This document shows, in pieces, positions 63,339 to 64,000 of a stretch of 64,000 nt of DNA. The position numbers and the translations under genes were made by a program. The stretch comes from Dokdonella sp. (GTDB taxonomy: Bacteria > Pseudomonadota > Gammaproteobacteria > Xanthomonadales > Rhodanobacteraceae). Positions within the stretch are counted from its first letter, which is position 1. Each line of letters starts with the position of its first letter. The notes beneath the pieces are model-generated. The model saw nothing but the letters and a program-made list of their open reading frames with translations, ran no database searches and had not been told where the DNA came from. The stretch covers positions 12,798 through 76,797 of the forward strand of contig JAHCAR010000015.1 in NCBI GenBank assembly GCA_019634795.1. Reading direction: 5' to 3'.

Positions 63339-64000
63339 CTGCCAGTGGCCAGGCGACCAGCGCCGGCATTTCGTCGCGGGTGCCGTAGCGGCCCTTCTCG
63401 TCGCGCTCCACTTCGGCCATCGCGCATCCGGTGTCGTGGGTGAAGAACAGGCGCACGTTGCGCTTGCGCTTGTCCTCGAGGAAGGCCTGCTTCTCGTCGA
63501 TCAGCAGCTCGGGATAGCGGTCATAGCCCATCGTGATCGGCAGGTGTACCCAGGGCCTTCCCGGGATCAGGTCGGCGCAGAACACCACGCCGCCCTCGTC
63601 GGAAACGATCTCGGCCAGCATCAGGCCCGGCGTATGTCCGTTCGAAATCTCGAAGCGCACGGCCTTGCCGAGCACCTTCGAATGCGCGCCCTCGACGATC
63701 TCGAGGCGCCCGCTGTCGAGCAGCAGCTGCGGCAATTCGGCGATGAACGAGGCACGGTCGCGCGGATGCGGATGCAAGGCGCGCTGCCAGTGTTCGGCAC
63801 CGACCACGTAGGTCGCATTCGGGAACAGCAGCGCGGGCGACTGGCCTTCCTGCCAGGCCGCGAGCAGGCCGCCGGCATGGTCGAAGTGCAGGTGCGAAAG
63901 CACGACCACGTCGATGTCGGTGTGCGCGAAGCCGGCCGCCGCGAGCGAATCGAGCAGCACATGGTTCGCCTCGACCACGCCATAGCGTTCGCGCAGCTTC
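63334..64000 (-). CDS. MBL-fold metallo-hydrolase (5' end lies outside the window)
   Basis: [29 protein letters not shown]. Confidence 0.88.
   Translation of the reverse strand, partial: KLRERYGVVEANHVLLDSLAAAGFAHTDIDVVVLSHLHFDHAGGLLAAWQEGQSPALLFPNATYVVGAEHWQRALHPHPRDRASFIAELPQLLLDSGRLEIVEGAHSKVLGKAVRFEISNGHTPGLMLAEIVSDEGGVVFCADLIPGRPWVHLPITMGYDRYPELLIDEKQAFLEDKRKRNVRLFFTHDTGCAMAEVERDEKGRYGTRDEMPALVAWPLAA

Overview
GC-rich bacterial chromosomal segment; gene content and REP style point to Xanthomonadales, most likely Rhodanobacteraceae (Dokdonella-like), which is an inference. It has about 57 real CDSs; most other six-frame ORFs are GC-rich shadows. No rRNA, tRNA, CRISPR array, integrase or transposase was seen. 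Housekeeping genes: suhB, ompA, prpB/prpC/prpD (split operon), fadH, nhaA, mdh, an aminotransferase, a cyclophilin and typA. Accessory content: (1) four otherwise dissimilar secreted proteins share a 9-residue terminal motif [DE]x[IV][FM]x[NSD][GS]F[DE], and two of them flank a membrane-anchored wHTH-TPR regulator that is followed by 11-bp-phased repeats; (2) an orphan SLOG + double SLATT-like membrane protein; (3) a SigK/RskA-type ECF locus with two matching GCATCC-N16-CGTA promoters driving a desaturase/UfaD/UfaO/UfaM-like lipid-modification operon; (4) a signal peptidase I homologue lacking its catalytic serine, next to a probable M64 peptidase remnant; (5) a redox/detox cluster with visible operators; (6) two composite REP arrays. 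All family assignments come from motif recognition by eye, not database searches.
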